Of a stretch of 64,000 nt of DNA, positions 1 to 33,098 are shown piece after piece. The DNA comes from Chrysomallon squamiferum. Its lineage: Eukaryota > Animalia > Mollusca. The notes under the pieces are model-generated. The model searched no databases. It saw nothing but the letters and a program-made list of their open reading frames with translations, and had not been told where the DNA came from. The stretch lies in the NCBI GenBank assembly GCA_012295275.1, contig CM022666.1, positions 13,826,001-13,890,000 of the forward strand. The letters run 5' to 3'. The translations under genes were made by a program, and so were the position numbers. The first letter of the stretch is position 1; the number at the start of each line of letters is the position of its first letter.

Positions 1-525
1 TGTATACATGTATGCACAGCTGCTAGTTATTAAACTGTGATTGATAAGTCATCATAATCAACTTAATAGAAATACCGAGACTCGATCTGTGTATCTGTGA
101 CCTTATGACGGCGACTTAACCAATGCATTGTACAGACAGGCTTTCACACAAATGCTGTCTTTTAAACATCGCTCATGGTTGACTAACCTGTCACATACTC
201 ACTGACCCGTAAAACAAAAATGCAGACACCTGTATTTTTCAGTGGACCATAACACATCGCATGAAGCTAAATCAAGGGTAAAATAAACAAAGAAATACGC
301 AGGACTTTCACTTTGAGTTCGGCTTGCAGCTGAGTCATGCAGGATTTTTGACGTGTCTGTGTAATAATATATATATATATTTCAAAAAGTACAAAGTCAG
401 ATACTATTTGAATGACGTCACAGTTTTTAAACGTCGCCACAATTATGTAGAGCAAACGGCGGCGTCTTTCCGTGATCCTCGTTAATATTCATGACCAGCA
501 TAACGCGCACTGTTACAGGGCGCTC

Positions 526-546
526 ATTTACATATTGGCTCCGCCC
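526..546 (+). promoter_or_regulatory. Putative proximal promoter elements (octamer-like ATTTACAT, reverse CCAAT, GC-box) of the receptor gene
   Basis: Contiguous ATTTACAT-ATTGG-CTCCGCCC ~80-100 bp upstream of ATG 627 in a locally GC/CpG-richer patch. Confidence 0.35.
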
Positions 547-626
547 ACTGCAAAGCCTATTTTTTCCGTGATTTACAACAGGTGAGGGTTTGTTTATGGT
601 ATTCGGGATAAGTGTGCTGTCGCAGG

Positions 627-19067
<18,441 letters not shown>

Positions 19068-19088
19068 CTGTAACATTAATAGCTATTT

Positions 19089-19312
<224 letters not shown>

Positions 19313-19833
19313 ATGCAGTTAAATTTTCATTACAAAGTGATATTATGCTAAGGGAGAGAACTCTCTGTACTTCTATGCATTTTTATGTCTTCATTTGAGT
19401 AGAAAATGACTGTTTTATGTTCTGTATATTATGTACATGTATTTCTAGAATACTGATAGACAAACCAAATAACCATATAAAAGTATATAATCATATCATA
19501 ATAATTTTGCTGTAATAATAATAATAATACATATGATACATTTTGTATTCGTTTGTATATACATTTATGTTCAAAATGTTTTTCATTTTTGTGAATATTT
19601 GCTTTCGTTTGTTGAAGGAATTTAGAGTCATTTACTTGTTACAAAATAATCGTTATAGCTGATATAGACTTTATATATATATAGACACATACATATATAC
19701 ACACATACACACGCACACTCATGTATATTTTAAATAAAATTATTTTTAAGATGTAGTTATCTGGTAATGTAATAAATGTATTATTATTATTATTTCTATA
19801 TATTTTGTATTATCATCGTCATAATCATCATCT

Positions 19834-19910
<77 letters not shown>

Positions 19911-20025
19911 CTTCAAATATGTATATATACATATACATGCGTACACACACAGATATATATACACACCCACATAAACACAAAGCACACACACATGTATAGA
20001 CACAAAGAGAGAAGGAACAAGAGAG

Positions 20026-20072
<47 letters not shown>

Positions 20073-21008
20073 GAGAGAGTAAATTAAAAGATGGTTAAAG
20101 AAAATACATTTCAAATAATATATCTTTTAAATTAATTAACTGGATAATTATCTAATTAGGTAGATAAAAAAATTAATTAATTACTAACATATGATTAAAA
20201 TAAATAGAACTGCAAGAATGATGAGGAATGTTATAGAAAAAAAATAGTTAACATTTTTTTAAAAATCTATATACTCCATTGTAAAATCTGCTTCATCAAA
20301 GATAAATCAGAAGAAAAACTAAAAATGAAAAATATAAAATAAATAAAATACGAGAGAAAAGAAAGAAAATAAAAATTATAAAGAAGCTAAAAAGAATTTA
20401 AAAAAAAAAATAAAATAAAATAAAATAAAAGAAATAAAAAATAAAAAATGAAAATAAGCTCGATACGCCATTCAAGTGACACTCGTGAATAAAGAAGACT
20501 TTTCGTAAAGAAGATAGCATTTGACAATATCCGTCAGAGGACTTCCCGAGAGGCCTCGGGATCAAAGCTCCAGAGGTCTTGATCTTTTTAAGGACGGGAA
20601 CATGCCGGAACTAAATTGGAAACGGGCGGGCAAATGCAAAGAATCAATTCTCTGTCGTACTGCTCTCTCTCTTTTTCTACGAAAGCTCTGCAAATTCGAT
20701 TTTCAGCGGAACGACATTGGAAGATTGTCAGGCGCTGATTAGGGCAAAAGCTGGCGGTCAGTGTAATGGGTTTGAGCCGCTTGAGGACGCGGCTGGCTAC
20801 ACGGTGAAGAAGCTTTTCAATAAAGAAACAAAGAGATTTATTTAATAAAAAAGGGATTTCATTAACTTCGTGTGATTATTTCCTTGATAAGTGAAGACAT
20901 ACGTCTCAGGTCTGGTGCTGAATACGTAATGTGTTTTGTATCCGTTTAAAACCTTGTCTTCTTATTTTTGTATTATTCTTGTTCTTCTTCTTCTTCTTCT
21001 TCTTCTTC

Positions 21009-21041
<33 letters not shown>

Positions 21042-21768
21042 TTCTTCTTCTTCTTCTTTTATTTTTATTTATCATCATCATCATCGTCTTCTTCTTATTA
21101 TTATTATTGTTATATTATGATTCATTATTGTTGCATATCTGCTCTTGTTTTTCATGTTTTCTTCTTCGCTTTATTTATTTATTTATTTACTTATTTATTT
21201 ATTTATAAATTAATTAATTATTATTTATTATTACTGCTAGTAGTACTAGTACTTATATTACTACTAACTAGTACCATCACTGCTAGTACTGTTATTATTA
21301 TTATTAATATTGTTATCATTGTTTCTATTATTAATGTTATTGTTGTTGTTATTATTATTATTATTTAGCTCTTTCTTTTACTGTTGTAATAGTAGCATAG
21401 TATTAATGGTAGAATTAGTACTACTGATAGTATTAGCAGAAGTAGTAGTAGTTATAAGTGGTAGCAGTAGCAGTGGTAGTAGCTGTTGTTGTAGCAGTCT
21501 TAGAAATAGTAGTACTATTGTCTTTTCCAGTGTTTTTGTTTCATTTTTTGAAAATTAATCGACGATCTTTTTGTTTCCTTTTTTCTTTCTTTTCTTTCTT
21601 TTTAATTTTGTAAAATTTAATTACGTCTAGCAAGAACAGCTGAAAGAATGCGCCGAGGATGTATGATAACAGACAGGATGGTGTTAAACGTCCATTTTTG
21701 TTATAAATATTTAATCGCTTGATTCTAATGCACAGTCACTGAAACCTCTGAGTAAATCATCCTCTATT

Positions 21769-21885
<117 letters not shown>

Positions 21886-22770
21886 AATATTCCAGTTAGA
21901 AAGAGCATTTAATATAAAATTCTTGACTGTTATATCAGTAAATATTATAGAAAAGATTTATAAACTAAAACGATTTAATAATTTTACATGTTCATTTTCA
22001 AATACTTGGTAATATTGTATAGAAAAATAATCAAAAAATATATATGTAATTTTTGCTTTCTGTGTATTATTTAAAATATTTATAATGTATAATAAATATT
22101 CATAGGCTACATTACATTATTTTTGGTTTAAATAACTGATGTTATACTGTGAATATTTTTCTTTTGATAATTAGATAAACCATAAAGAAACAAATTGCCG
22201 AGAGCGAAAAGATCGTCATGTTAAATTTAAAACGTGTGTCTATTTCTAGGAACTGGACGATGAAATATAAAATTAATAAGTTTTAATAAAATATGATTTA
22301 CAATCATTTCCTCTCAGTTAAACAGTTACCATTACAAGCAACAAAGTTCAGTGCAATAGCCGGAAGAAAAAAGAAAAAAACAAAAAGAACAACAAAAAAA
22401 AAAAAAAAAAATGAAAAGAAAAGAAAAGAAAGAACACAATTTTAAAAGGGAGAAAAAATAAATATTTAATCTATCGACTTTTCTACAAGAGCAAAATTAA
22501 GCGTTGATGCTCAGTTTGACATTTTCAGCAAGATATTTGAGATATTGTGAGAGTTTCTGTTTTCTCTCAGTGCTAAATACTGTGTCTGTATCATTTACAT
22601 TTCACATGGGTAGAAATACTTGGTGAATCTCAAAGACCGTGAGCACAACATGCGTGCTTGAATTTTTTTTGATGGCAGAAGGCTAAAAGTGAATGAAATA
22701 AACATCCTTAACTCTTTTTTTTTCATTTATTTATTTATTTATTTAGTAGTAGCAGTAATAGTAGCATTTA

Positions 22771-22801
<31 letters not shown>

Positions 22802-23556
22802 GTTGTTGTTGTTGTTGTTATTATTGTTGTTGGTATTATTATTATTTACTTTTTTAATTAATTAATTAATTTGTTTGTTTATTAATATTTTATTATTTAC
22901 TTATTTGTTTTAATTTTTTTTTATTTTTTTTTTTTTTTTTTTAATTTCACAAATCAGAATTGAGGAAATCTTATTCTTTTCTTTATCTTATCCTTTCAGG
23001 GATTTCAGTTCGCCTAAATTTCCGTTCCAACCTCAACTCCTGTCGGCGACTTAAGTTTGTTTCCCCTTGTTATTTAGAGCGTTTTAGTATCTAACGCCTG
23101 AACTAAACTGAAGACCGGCGATTCTGCGCACTAGTAACCGAGAGAGTATCACGTGACTGCCATGTACTTTAGCGCACTACGAGGCGCGCAGAAGTGTGAA
23201 TGACGTTCACTTGACCTTTACTGTGTCCCGTGTAGATCACAAATTGAAACTGGTTGTTAATTATTAACGGCACACCGAAAACACGTAGGAGGGTTTCTGA
23301 AAAGCAGGACGGAATCGTTCATACTACGACAGTCTCAATACATTTCTTTCTTTCTCTCTATTACAAGGCGCATCTGTTCGTTTTGCAGTATCTACTACTG
23401 TGATAAATTAGTGTATATGTTTATACGCAGGCGTGTACGTTTAGATGTAAGTGTGTAGAGAAAGGCAGATATAGAACAGAAATATGGATGGATAGGTTTT
23501 TTTTTATATTATCTCTAAAATGATGACTGTTTAAATCAAACTTAGCAGAGAAATTA

Positions 23557-23603
<47 letters not shown>

Positions 23604-23679
23604 TAATAATAATATTAACAACAATAACAATAACATTAATAATAATAATCATAAAAACAATAATAATAACAACAATAAC

Positions 23680-23711
<32 letters not shown>

Positions 23712-24637
23712 TAGTAACAGCAACAATAATATAACAATAAATAATAAAAATACTATTACTATTATTACTCTTATTAAATAAATGAATGAATAAATAAATA
23801 AATAAACAAACGAACGAATAAATAAATAAATAAATATTACTACTTCTTCTACAACCAGTAACATTAACCAGAATACAACAACAACAACAACAACAACAAC
23901 ATCAGCAATAAAACATCGCCCCGCTTAAGTCGAAACTGTTACTAACTGCTAAGACCTCAACAATAATTTCCTTTTTTAAGACGATATTAATAATAAAACC
24001 GGACGACACCTCAAGCCCGTTGCAACGATTTATTAAGTGTGTGTTATTGCTTTGAAGATGAAAACGGCTAATTATCTCCGCTTTTGTGCCAGGACGATTA
24101 TTGATTCTATTACGGTAATTTGATTTCTCAAACCGTTTCCGCACGAAGCATAATGCAATAAACAAACAAAAACGTTTTGTGCTAAAAATGTACAGTTGGT
24201 TGGTTTATGTGCTGTACGTAGGTATAAGAAGAAAGGATACAGCGAATCGTGCACGTTCGTGAGCTCGTGCAAACACAAACAGACATGTGAAGAAAAAAAA
24301 AAAAAAAAAGAGAAGATAATTACATTAATGAACATATATGAGCAGATGCGCATGCGTGCACGTACGCAGACAACAACAAAAAAAACACTTTTGAAAAAAA
24401 AGGAAGAGTAATTTAATTTTATGATTCTCTCGACACGTTCTACAAGGAAACAGAAAATATTTATTTTCTCTAAGCTTCTTCTACATTTTTTTTTTTTTTT
24501 TGTCTTTCCTAATGTTATTACTATAAGATATTAAGTTACGAAATGTAAATGAAAAAATGAAATGAACGTATACTTACATGTATATATATATTCTGGAAGC
24601 AACATAAAATTTATAAAGGCGAATATATATATATATG

Positions 24638-24705
<68 letters not shown>

Positions 24706-24829
24706 GTACATATATTCACATATATATGTATGTATGTATGTATGTAAGTATGCATCTGTATATTTGTGTACATCTCATTTGTGTTTGTCTGTGCGTCTGT
24801 AGCAAGCCAAAATTTGAGGAGGTAGTTGA

Positions 24830-24888
<59 letters not shown>

Positions 24889-24952
24889 TAATAATAATAT
24901 TCATAATAAACGCCACAAACAGTAACATACATAATCCATTAATTCCTATCGT

Positions 24953-26107
24953 TCATGTGTGTTTAGAATGCAGATTTTTCAGCAAAGTCCTCAGCTCGCC
25001 GGCTGACACTGACAAAGAGTCTAATTTGGCGTTAATCTGACCCAGTTCTTTCTCCAGACTGCCAGGAAACGTCATCGGATACAAGAGACGTTTAAATATC
25101 AACTTGTTCATATTTTTCAAATTAATTTTCGCGTTGAAGCCGATGCACAGCGCCTGCCTGCAGGTCAAGCCGAACTCGCACCGGTCTCTGCGCGGTGCAT
25201 TTTGGGAAGCGGCCTCGTACGAGCCGCACTGAGGCTCCAGGTTGTTCACGTCGTCCATATCGATTATTTTCAGCGAGGAGTTGACCAATAGAAAGTGGCC
25301 CTCTTTGAAATCGGGAACGACCAGCGACCCAAGCGGCGAGTGCTCCAGGTAGTGCAGCAGCTGAGCCATGTCTATGGCGTGCTGAAGTTTCTTCTGCCAC
25401 GGCAAAATCTGCAAGCTGTCGATGACGAAGCGGTGACCGAACTCGTAGACCGCCACCACCCCGTGCTCGGAAATGTCCGTGGAATCGCTCTCTTCGCTCC
25501 TGACGCAGTACCCCAGCAGTTTGACGAGCTGGGGGTGGTCCAGCTGTTCCAGGAACAGTATTTCTTTCATCAGCTTCATCGTAGGCATGAGGTAACATTT
25601 TCCTTTCTCGCCCGGGCTGCTTTTCGACTGACGCTTAAGATTATCGAGACACGTTCTGACGTCATTGAGATGACGTGTCACCATTTTGACCGCCACGTGC
25701 ATGCCTTGGTATTCGCCGAGAAACGTCTGCTTCGAGACGCCGTGTCCCACTTTCTTTTTGATTTTGATCTGATGAATGTTCGTGCAGTCGAACAGGAATT
25801 TCGCCTTCGCCAGCGTCCTTCCCGTGACGTTACCGCGAATAATCACGTGCGGCGACGTCTGCAAACTGTCTTCGGTAAAATACGGCATGTGGTTGATTTT
25901 CTCCGTCAGGTGGATCCCCAAAGCAGCGCCATCTTGAAAATTGTCCGTGCTGCCAAGCGCCGAAGTTCTCTCCCCTGTCCCAGAATAATCGTCGGCATAG
26001 AGATCGACAGCACACGGCTTTCCTCTGTTTGGAAGGGAAATGAAAACGCAATAAACGAGCAATGCTAAAGTTGCTAAGACCACCGTCTTTTTCTTTTTGT
26101 CCTTCAT
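24953..26107 (-). CDS. PKDCC: Extracellular tyrosine-protein kinase PKDCC/VLK-like, single coding exon
   Basis: 384-aa ORF with an N-terminal basic+hydrophobic anchor (KKKKTVVLATLALLVYCVFI), GHGVSK loop, VAVK, KLMKEI, HPQLVKLLGYC and the PKDCC-type SPLGSLVVPDFKEGHFLLV..LKIIDMDD catalytic segment. GC-rich relative to its flanks. Confidence 0.88.
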   Translation of the reverse strand: MKDKKKKTVVLATLALLVYCVFISLPNRGKPCAVDLYADDYSGTGERTSALGSTDNFQDGAALGIHLTEKINHMPYFTEDSLQTSPHVIIRGNVTGRTLAKAKFLFDCTNIHQIKIKKKVGHGVSKQTFLGEYQGMHVAVKMVTRHLNDVRTCLDNLKRQSKSSPGEKGKCYLMPTMKLMKEILFLEQLDHPQLVKLLGYCVRSEESDSTDISEHGVVAVYEFGHRFVIDSLQILPWQKKLQHAIDMAQLLHYLEHSPLGSLVVPDFKEGHFLLVNSSLKIIDMDDVNNLEPQCGSYEAASQNAPRRDRCEFGLTCRQALCIGFNAKINLKNMNKLIFKRLLYPMTFPGSLEKELGQINAKLDSLSVSAGELRTLLKNLHSKHT

Positions 26108-27408
26108 TGTCTATAACGGAGGTGTTTAAAGCTGATTGGAATTCAAACTCCGGAGACGAAAGACCATTACAAAGCAACAAATAGAACATAAAGCGCTGTG
26201 GAATTTGCAGCCGGCAATTCGCTGTTATTATTATATTTTTTTTTTCTTTCTCTGTCTCTCTTTACGGAATGGATAAAAGGTTCGTTTATACCGTACAGTT
26301 CCCTTGAGGGCTACAGAATCCAATAGCATTTAATGGAGGTATTAAGAATAAATGCAGTATTTAATTCTGTGGAAGATTCTTCTACGAATAAACTGCTAGT
26401 AATGCGGACATTCGGCTTGGCGTAGCGATTAAACAAGGCTTTGGGAATCCATTTGTTTCTGAAGAGCAAAACTCTAACTGTCTGACAGACAGAATACCCT
26501 CCACTTGATCCAGAAGAGACACACACACACACAGACAGAGAGAGAGAGAGAGAGAGGTAGAGAGGAGAAAAATGCCACACAGCTTTAAGGCAATAAATAT
26601 TGGTATTTCAGACTGAACGCTTCTGATTAACCATCTCCCTCTTGTCTTTCGACGTCATTATTAACTCCGAACAGTCAGCGGTCTGATGAACTGAAAAACA
26701 AAATAAAAAAACGTCATTGTCAACTAGCAAGCATTAATATTTATAACCCAGAAACGAAAGACAGATGCAGTTGTAGCTGTAATAGTAATTAAAGTAGTAG
26801 GTTGTGGATGACAGTAGCAATAGTCGTAGTCGTAGTAGTAGTAGTAGTAGTATCAACTGTATTATTGATAGTAAAGTAGTAGTAGTTGTTGTAATAGTAG
26901 TAGTAGTAGTAGTTGTTGTAATAGTAGTAGTAGTAGTAGTTGTTGTAATAGTAGTAGTAGTAGTAATAGCAGTAGAACAAACAATAGTATAAGATTAGAA
27001 ACAGTTGTAATATGGCAGTGTAATACTACTAGTAGCAGCATCATTAGTATCAATAGTAGTAGTAGTAGCAGAATAGTAGTAGTATTAGTAGAAGTAATAG
27101 CATTAACAGCAGTAGCATTAGTGGAGTAGCAATAGTTGTTGTAATAGTAGTAGTAGTAAAAACAATAGTAAGAGTTTACAAATAGACAGTGAAGCAGCAT
27201 AGGTGTAGTAGTAGTAATAGTAACAGCAGCAGTAGTAATAGTAACAGTAGTTGCAGTAGAAGAACTAGTAGTACTAGCGGTAGTATTTGTTATTTTTCTG
27301 GCATGAGGAGTAGAAGATGAAGCGATATAAATCCTAATAATAACAGTAGTAATAGCATATACATAAATAATAAATTAAAATAAAATAACCAAAGGAAAGA
27401 CAACTCTC

Positions 27409-27608
27409 TATGTCACAGAAAAAGTAGACGGCACGTAAAGAGAGTTGTAATAACAGAAAATTAAAATGGCAGTTAGATTGATTAAACTGCTTTTCTGAAT
27501 CCCTCCCATGTATTTTACATTCAACAGTTTTACCAGTCTAACTGCCATTTTTGATTTTTCTGTTACCGTAAAGTCTCTTCACGTGCAGTCTGCGTTTTGT
27601 GTGACGTA
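27409..27608. mobile_element. MITE-like fold-back element
   Basis: ~80-bp imperfect terminal inverted repeats (TGTCACAGAAAAAGTAGACGGCACGTAAAGAGAG..TAACAGAAAA..AAAATGGCAGTTAGA vs TCTAACTGCCATTTT..TTTTCTGTTA..CTCTTCACGTGCAGTCTGCGTTTTGTGTGACG), short spacer, TA at both ends. Confidence 0.65.
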
Positions 27609-28913
27609 AGACATATGTCAGAATCGTCAGTCGTCTAACGCGATTAACTTTAGATCACTCAGAGTCGATCTCATCAGGGGATATCATTTCTTTTAGACAC
27701 CTCGGCTTTTCCACGTAATATCTCTCAATTTCAACGAGATTTCCTTTTAATGAAGAAAAGTTTGATACTTGACTCCTTTGTTGATGAGACTGGCTAAGTT
27801 CTGCAAATTGTTAAATTTCGTAACCTCCCTGTTTGTGTTTATGTGTGTGCGTGTGAGTATGTGTGTGTGTTTATGTGTATGTGTATGATGTGTGTGTTTA
27901 TGTGTGTGTGTGTGTGGTTTGTATATGTTTGTATATCTCGGTGTATATATGTATATATGTATGTATGCATGTTTGTGTAACTTTAGTTTTGATTCTTTTG
28001 AGTGATTATTTATTTATTTATTTACATAGTTAGTTTATAAATTAATCTAAACAAAATCTGAGACAAATCCAATTAGATATAGCAAGTTAACATGCTTGCC
28101 AGGAAATGTTGTTTCCTTTTTCTTTTTTTTTTCTTTTTTTTTTAAACATTTTCGTTTTTTTAAAGTTTGATTTCAATTTAACAGAATTTCAGTGTAAAAA
28201 CACTTTGCAAAATGTAATTAATTGTACGAACACAATATATAACTTTTTAAAAAGAAGGACAGAAAACCAAAATAAAAGCCAATAAAACCGTAAAAATAAA
28301 ATAAAATAAAATAAAATAAAATAAAATAAAATAAAATAAAAAAAAATGAATGAACGAACGAAAGAATAAATGATAGATTCAGATAGTTCAGATATAAACT
28401 GAACAACATTCATCCGATTTTTGTTGTGGTTGTTTTTGTTTATTTATTTATTTATTTGTTTGTTTGTTTATTTTTACTTTTTCATTTTTGAAAAAAAAAA
28501 CAATATATATATTTTGTATGAGACCTCTGTCTTTTGGGAGAACAGCGCACAATTGTTTTGAACAATCGTGTAAAAATGGCAGCTAGACAGCTTTGATGAA
28601 TGTTCATCCATTTATTAATTTTGCTTTGACTCACTTTAGAAACTTCTAAAAAAATTGACGTAAGTTCTGAATTTTATGCTTAGATGACAGTGGACAAAAA
28701 AACAGAAATGTTAAATGTTAAACGAGTAGACTAGACGTACAGATTTAAAAAATGTAAACCAGTTGTTTAGCATCGGCAACCAATTTTAGTGTACGCATGC
28801 GCTAAAGCTTCACTAGCGTCTTCACCTTTTTATTTATTTATTTATTTATTTATGTTTATTTTACAAAAATACAATCAAAATTAATAATTTAAATTATTTT
28901 GCACTACTCTAAT

Positions 28914-28954
<41 letters not shown>

Positions 28955-29701
28955 ATGGAATCTCTAGCAAACTACAGAGATAAATCTATTTCGAAATAGC
29001 TGGCACAATTCAATAATGGAGAATCAGAAAAAAAAAATTAAAAACAACAACAACAATAATAATAATTAAGAAAAAGGAAAGAGAAAGAACGAAAAAAAGA
29101 AGAAAAAAAAAGAAAAATTCATTATATTGAAATAAATTGTCCACATGAGTAATTATTACAAAGAAGAAAAAAAGAAAGGAAAATACATTTCTACATTTAT
29201 CAACTTTATGACGTCATTAACACATTCGATTGGCCTTATTTTGTCACCCGTCAGCTGCAATTTACTACAAAACTTACAGAAAAATTCTATAATTAGTTTC
29301 ATCCCCGAAGAACAATTTTCTAAATTATCCTCTGCTGAAAATGATTATTGAAAATTAAGCCGTGTGAGTGCGCCTTTAGTGAATGTTGCGCATTCCGCCC
29401 CTTGTTCTAATGACGTCTGATCCGTTTGGGATCAATTAAGGGTTTCTATCAACACTGAATAGAGTAAGACAGAAGACTTGGAAAGTCATTGGCTGAGCCC
29501 GTTTATTGATTAACAGACTTATAATGTCCGCCATTATCGCTAGAACAGGGCGGAAAAAGAGGGGTGCCCTCCATAACCCCCGAAATTATTAGTTTTTTAA
29601 ATCTTTTTTTTTTTTCTGGGTTTTTGTTATTTTTAAGCGGGTGAGGGTTAATGTCATAATCATCAAGACAAATTCATTTTCTTGTTTTTCTTCGTGTTGT
29701 T

Positions 29702-29703
<2 letters not shown>

Positions 29704-29788
<85 letters not shown>

Positions 29789-29813
29789 GTATCTGCTTTA
29801 CTACTACTACTAT

Positions 29814-29847
<34 letters not shown>

Positions 29848-29882
29848 GCTACTACTACTACTACTATTACTACTACTACTAT

Positions 29883-29938
<56 letters not shown>

Positions 29939-29975
29939 TTACTACTATTATTACTACTATTACTACTACTACTAT

Positions 29976-30058
<83 letters not shown>

Positions 30059-30059
30059 T
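29704..30059. repeat. (CT)n + (CTA)n compound microsatellite
   Basis: Direct reading. Confidence 0.9.
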
Positions 30060-30815
30060 GAATTTTCTTTTTTTTTTTAAAATAGAAAAAAAATAGCTTG
30101 TTTTGGGGTCCACTTAAATACAGTGAAGTTGATCCGCACCTCTCTAAACCACACCCATCTATCAATTATGGAACCACCGAACTGTTGCATCATCATTCGT
30201 CTACTTTTCCATCAGTCATTCTCTTCCATCATTTGATTTCTTTCTCTCGTTCTTTCTGTCGATAACCTTAATTAATTTTCATCTCGTGCTGTACATATCG
30301 ATCTGCATATGTGATATTACATCATATTTTGAAAGATTCTTATTTATTTATTTTTTTTCTGTCTTTCATTTTTTACAAAGAGCCCGTATTTTATTTTCTA
30401 TTTTATCTTTTATGAATTTCTTATTAAGAAAGATTTATAACAATAATAAATAAATGTATAATAATAGAATAAAAACAACAATTTCTCTAATTAAAAAAAA
30501 ACAACAACAAAAAATCAAAAACAACCCCCCAAAAACACTCTTTAAAAAAATAGTAATAGTTATTCCCTCAATAACTGTATCAAATCAGTAAGTGAACGAG
30601 AGAATGAAAGAAAAAGAAGCGAAGGACGGAAAGAAAGGAAAATGATACAGAACATGATGCAATAACTAATATTATCGATTGGAAGTTTGTGCCAGTTGCA
30701 AGAAAAATATTTCGGAACATCTTCACTCTAATAATAGACTAACTACGTGCCAGAGCTCAAAACAAATATTAGCGGAAATTAAAGCAAATGAAATTATATA
30801 TATATACATACATAC

Positions 30816-30918
<103 letters not shown>

Positions 30919-31956
30919 AGAGAGACAGAGAGAGATTATAGATTGATTGATATAGATATATACAAAAATGGGATATTGCAGTAAATATTTTCAGTATTTT
31001 TTTTTTAATATCTATTTAAAAAACACTTATCTAACTTAAATTCTAACACTATCACTATACAACACAAACTCTTACACAAAAACATCTCGTTATGAAAATA
31101 AAACTTCGTCACTTTCATCTAAAAAAAGAAAAAAAAAAAAGAAAAAAAACATTACAGCACGTGTTCTTTCACTAAACATCTCTACTAACCTTCAGACTCT
31201 GGCTTCTTCGTATTCACGCTCTGAAACTTCCAGTTTTTATCAACGACACCTGCGTGAGTGCGTGCGTGCGTGAGTGTGTGTGTGTGTGTGTTTATGTGTG
31301 TCGTTGTTTTTCCCCACAACGAAAGAACCAGACGTAAATATCCTACATGACTTAGCCGGCGATCATTGGGACTAAATGAAGCCGTACGGAGCAGCGCTCA
31401 GTTCAGTAACGAAGAGCTCTGTAGCGAACAGAGATAAAAGCCAACCCAAGATGCGCTGTTGTCTGAACGTAATGAAATTCTCTCTAATGATCTATCGATT
31501 TGTTGTTCCGGGTTAAGCATTAATTCGTTGACAAAAGAAAAGTCACTCGACTTGCTACGCGGTACCACCAAAATGTCAGAAGCCTTCTTTGTCCTCCATT
31601 TTGAATTAGCACGTGCGGGATCGAGACTAAACAGAAAGGTTAATGTCTGTCTGATGTTCTTTTTTTTTTTTTTTTTTTTTTTTAATGATTGGATCAGGTG
31701 TTGACTGTACTCAGAGTGGAAAGTAATAATAAATAACAATGGTCTGTTTTCTAGAATTTCAAAAAAAAAAAGAAGAGAAAAGACGTTTGCTGTATTATTG
31801 TTGTTTCGGACTTCTTAAGAGATGTGAAACTACACTTATTTACGCGAAAACACCTACATGAATACGTACAGGTAGACAAAAAGATGGACAGAGAAAGATA
31901 AAGATAAAAAATGAAAAACAAAATGAAATGAGATAACAAACGCAAAGACAGGAAGG

Positions 31957-32044
<88 letters not shown>

Positions 32045-33098
32045 ATTTCATTCTTCCTACTGAAGCCAGAGACGAATAGAAAAACGGAAGGAAATAAATT
32101 CATTGTGGAAGGAAAAATACAGAAGAAAACCAACAAAACAATAAGCGAGATCAAACAGACCAAGACAAAGAAGAAGAAAAAAAAAAAAAAAAAAAAAAAC
32201 AACAACAAGGAATACAGCTTCATAAAAGCTGATTGTGATAGCGAATTTTCTAATACCTTTCATTCATTCTGAATACGTTACGTATAAACTTCAATGTAAC
32301 AAAGGCTACAAAATCAACACGATAATATATTTCACATTGTTCAACTTAGATAATTAATTACCACACGAATAGAAATTTATAACAAAGATCACTGTATACT
32401 TTTTCTTATTAATTGAAAATTCTTCAGTTTCCTAAATTCGTACGTATTTCCTGTCTGTGTGAGTTCCGCCTGCTGCGTCAGATATTTAAAGTCTGCATAA
32501 TTAGATGGAATAATTCATATATTCGTGCTGTGCATTTATATTACCGTCTGTCTGTCTGTATGCAGTCTTGAGAAACATTAATGATTTATTACTTAGAGAT
32601 CGTTTACTTACATGGTCACTGACATTTGGTGAAATCCAGAAGCCTGGAATGTCGTTTGCAAACATTCGTTTACATAAATATGTAGGTACATGTGTCCTTC
32701 CTTCCATCCATCGACACACACACACACACATACAGATACATTGTATAGATATAGGTATCAGTAGATAGATAGGTAGACACATAGATAGTCAAACAGATAT
32801 ATAGTCCATCCATCTATGCATCTATCGATAGAGAGATCTAGATAAACACACATACATACACACTTATATATATATATGGAATATATATATATATATATAC
32901 ATACATAAATACATAATACTTACATACATAAAAATACATACATACGTACATACAAACATACACTTACATGCATGCATGCATGCATACATACACACATACA
33001 TACATGAAAAATTCTATTGAAAGAAAGACAATAAAAAAAGAAAATAATACGGAAAGAAAGACATATATATATATATATTTTAAAATTATTTACTCTTC

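Noticed and set aside
582-625. 44-nt GT-AG mini-intron immediately before ATG 627 (CAG|GTGAGG..TCGCAG|GATG)
   Set aside because: Much shorter than any other intron here. The AG may instead accept an upstream UTR exon or be chance; undecidable without RNA.
25295-26068. 257-aa + strand ORF and alternative-frame ORFs overlapping PKDCC
   Set aside because: Antisense and frame shadows of a GC3-rich CDS; no recognisable domain
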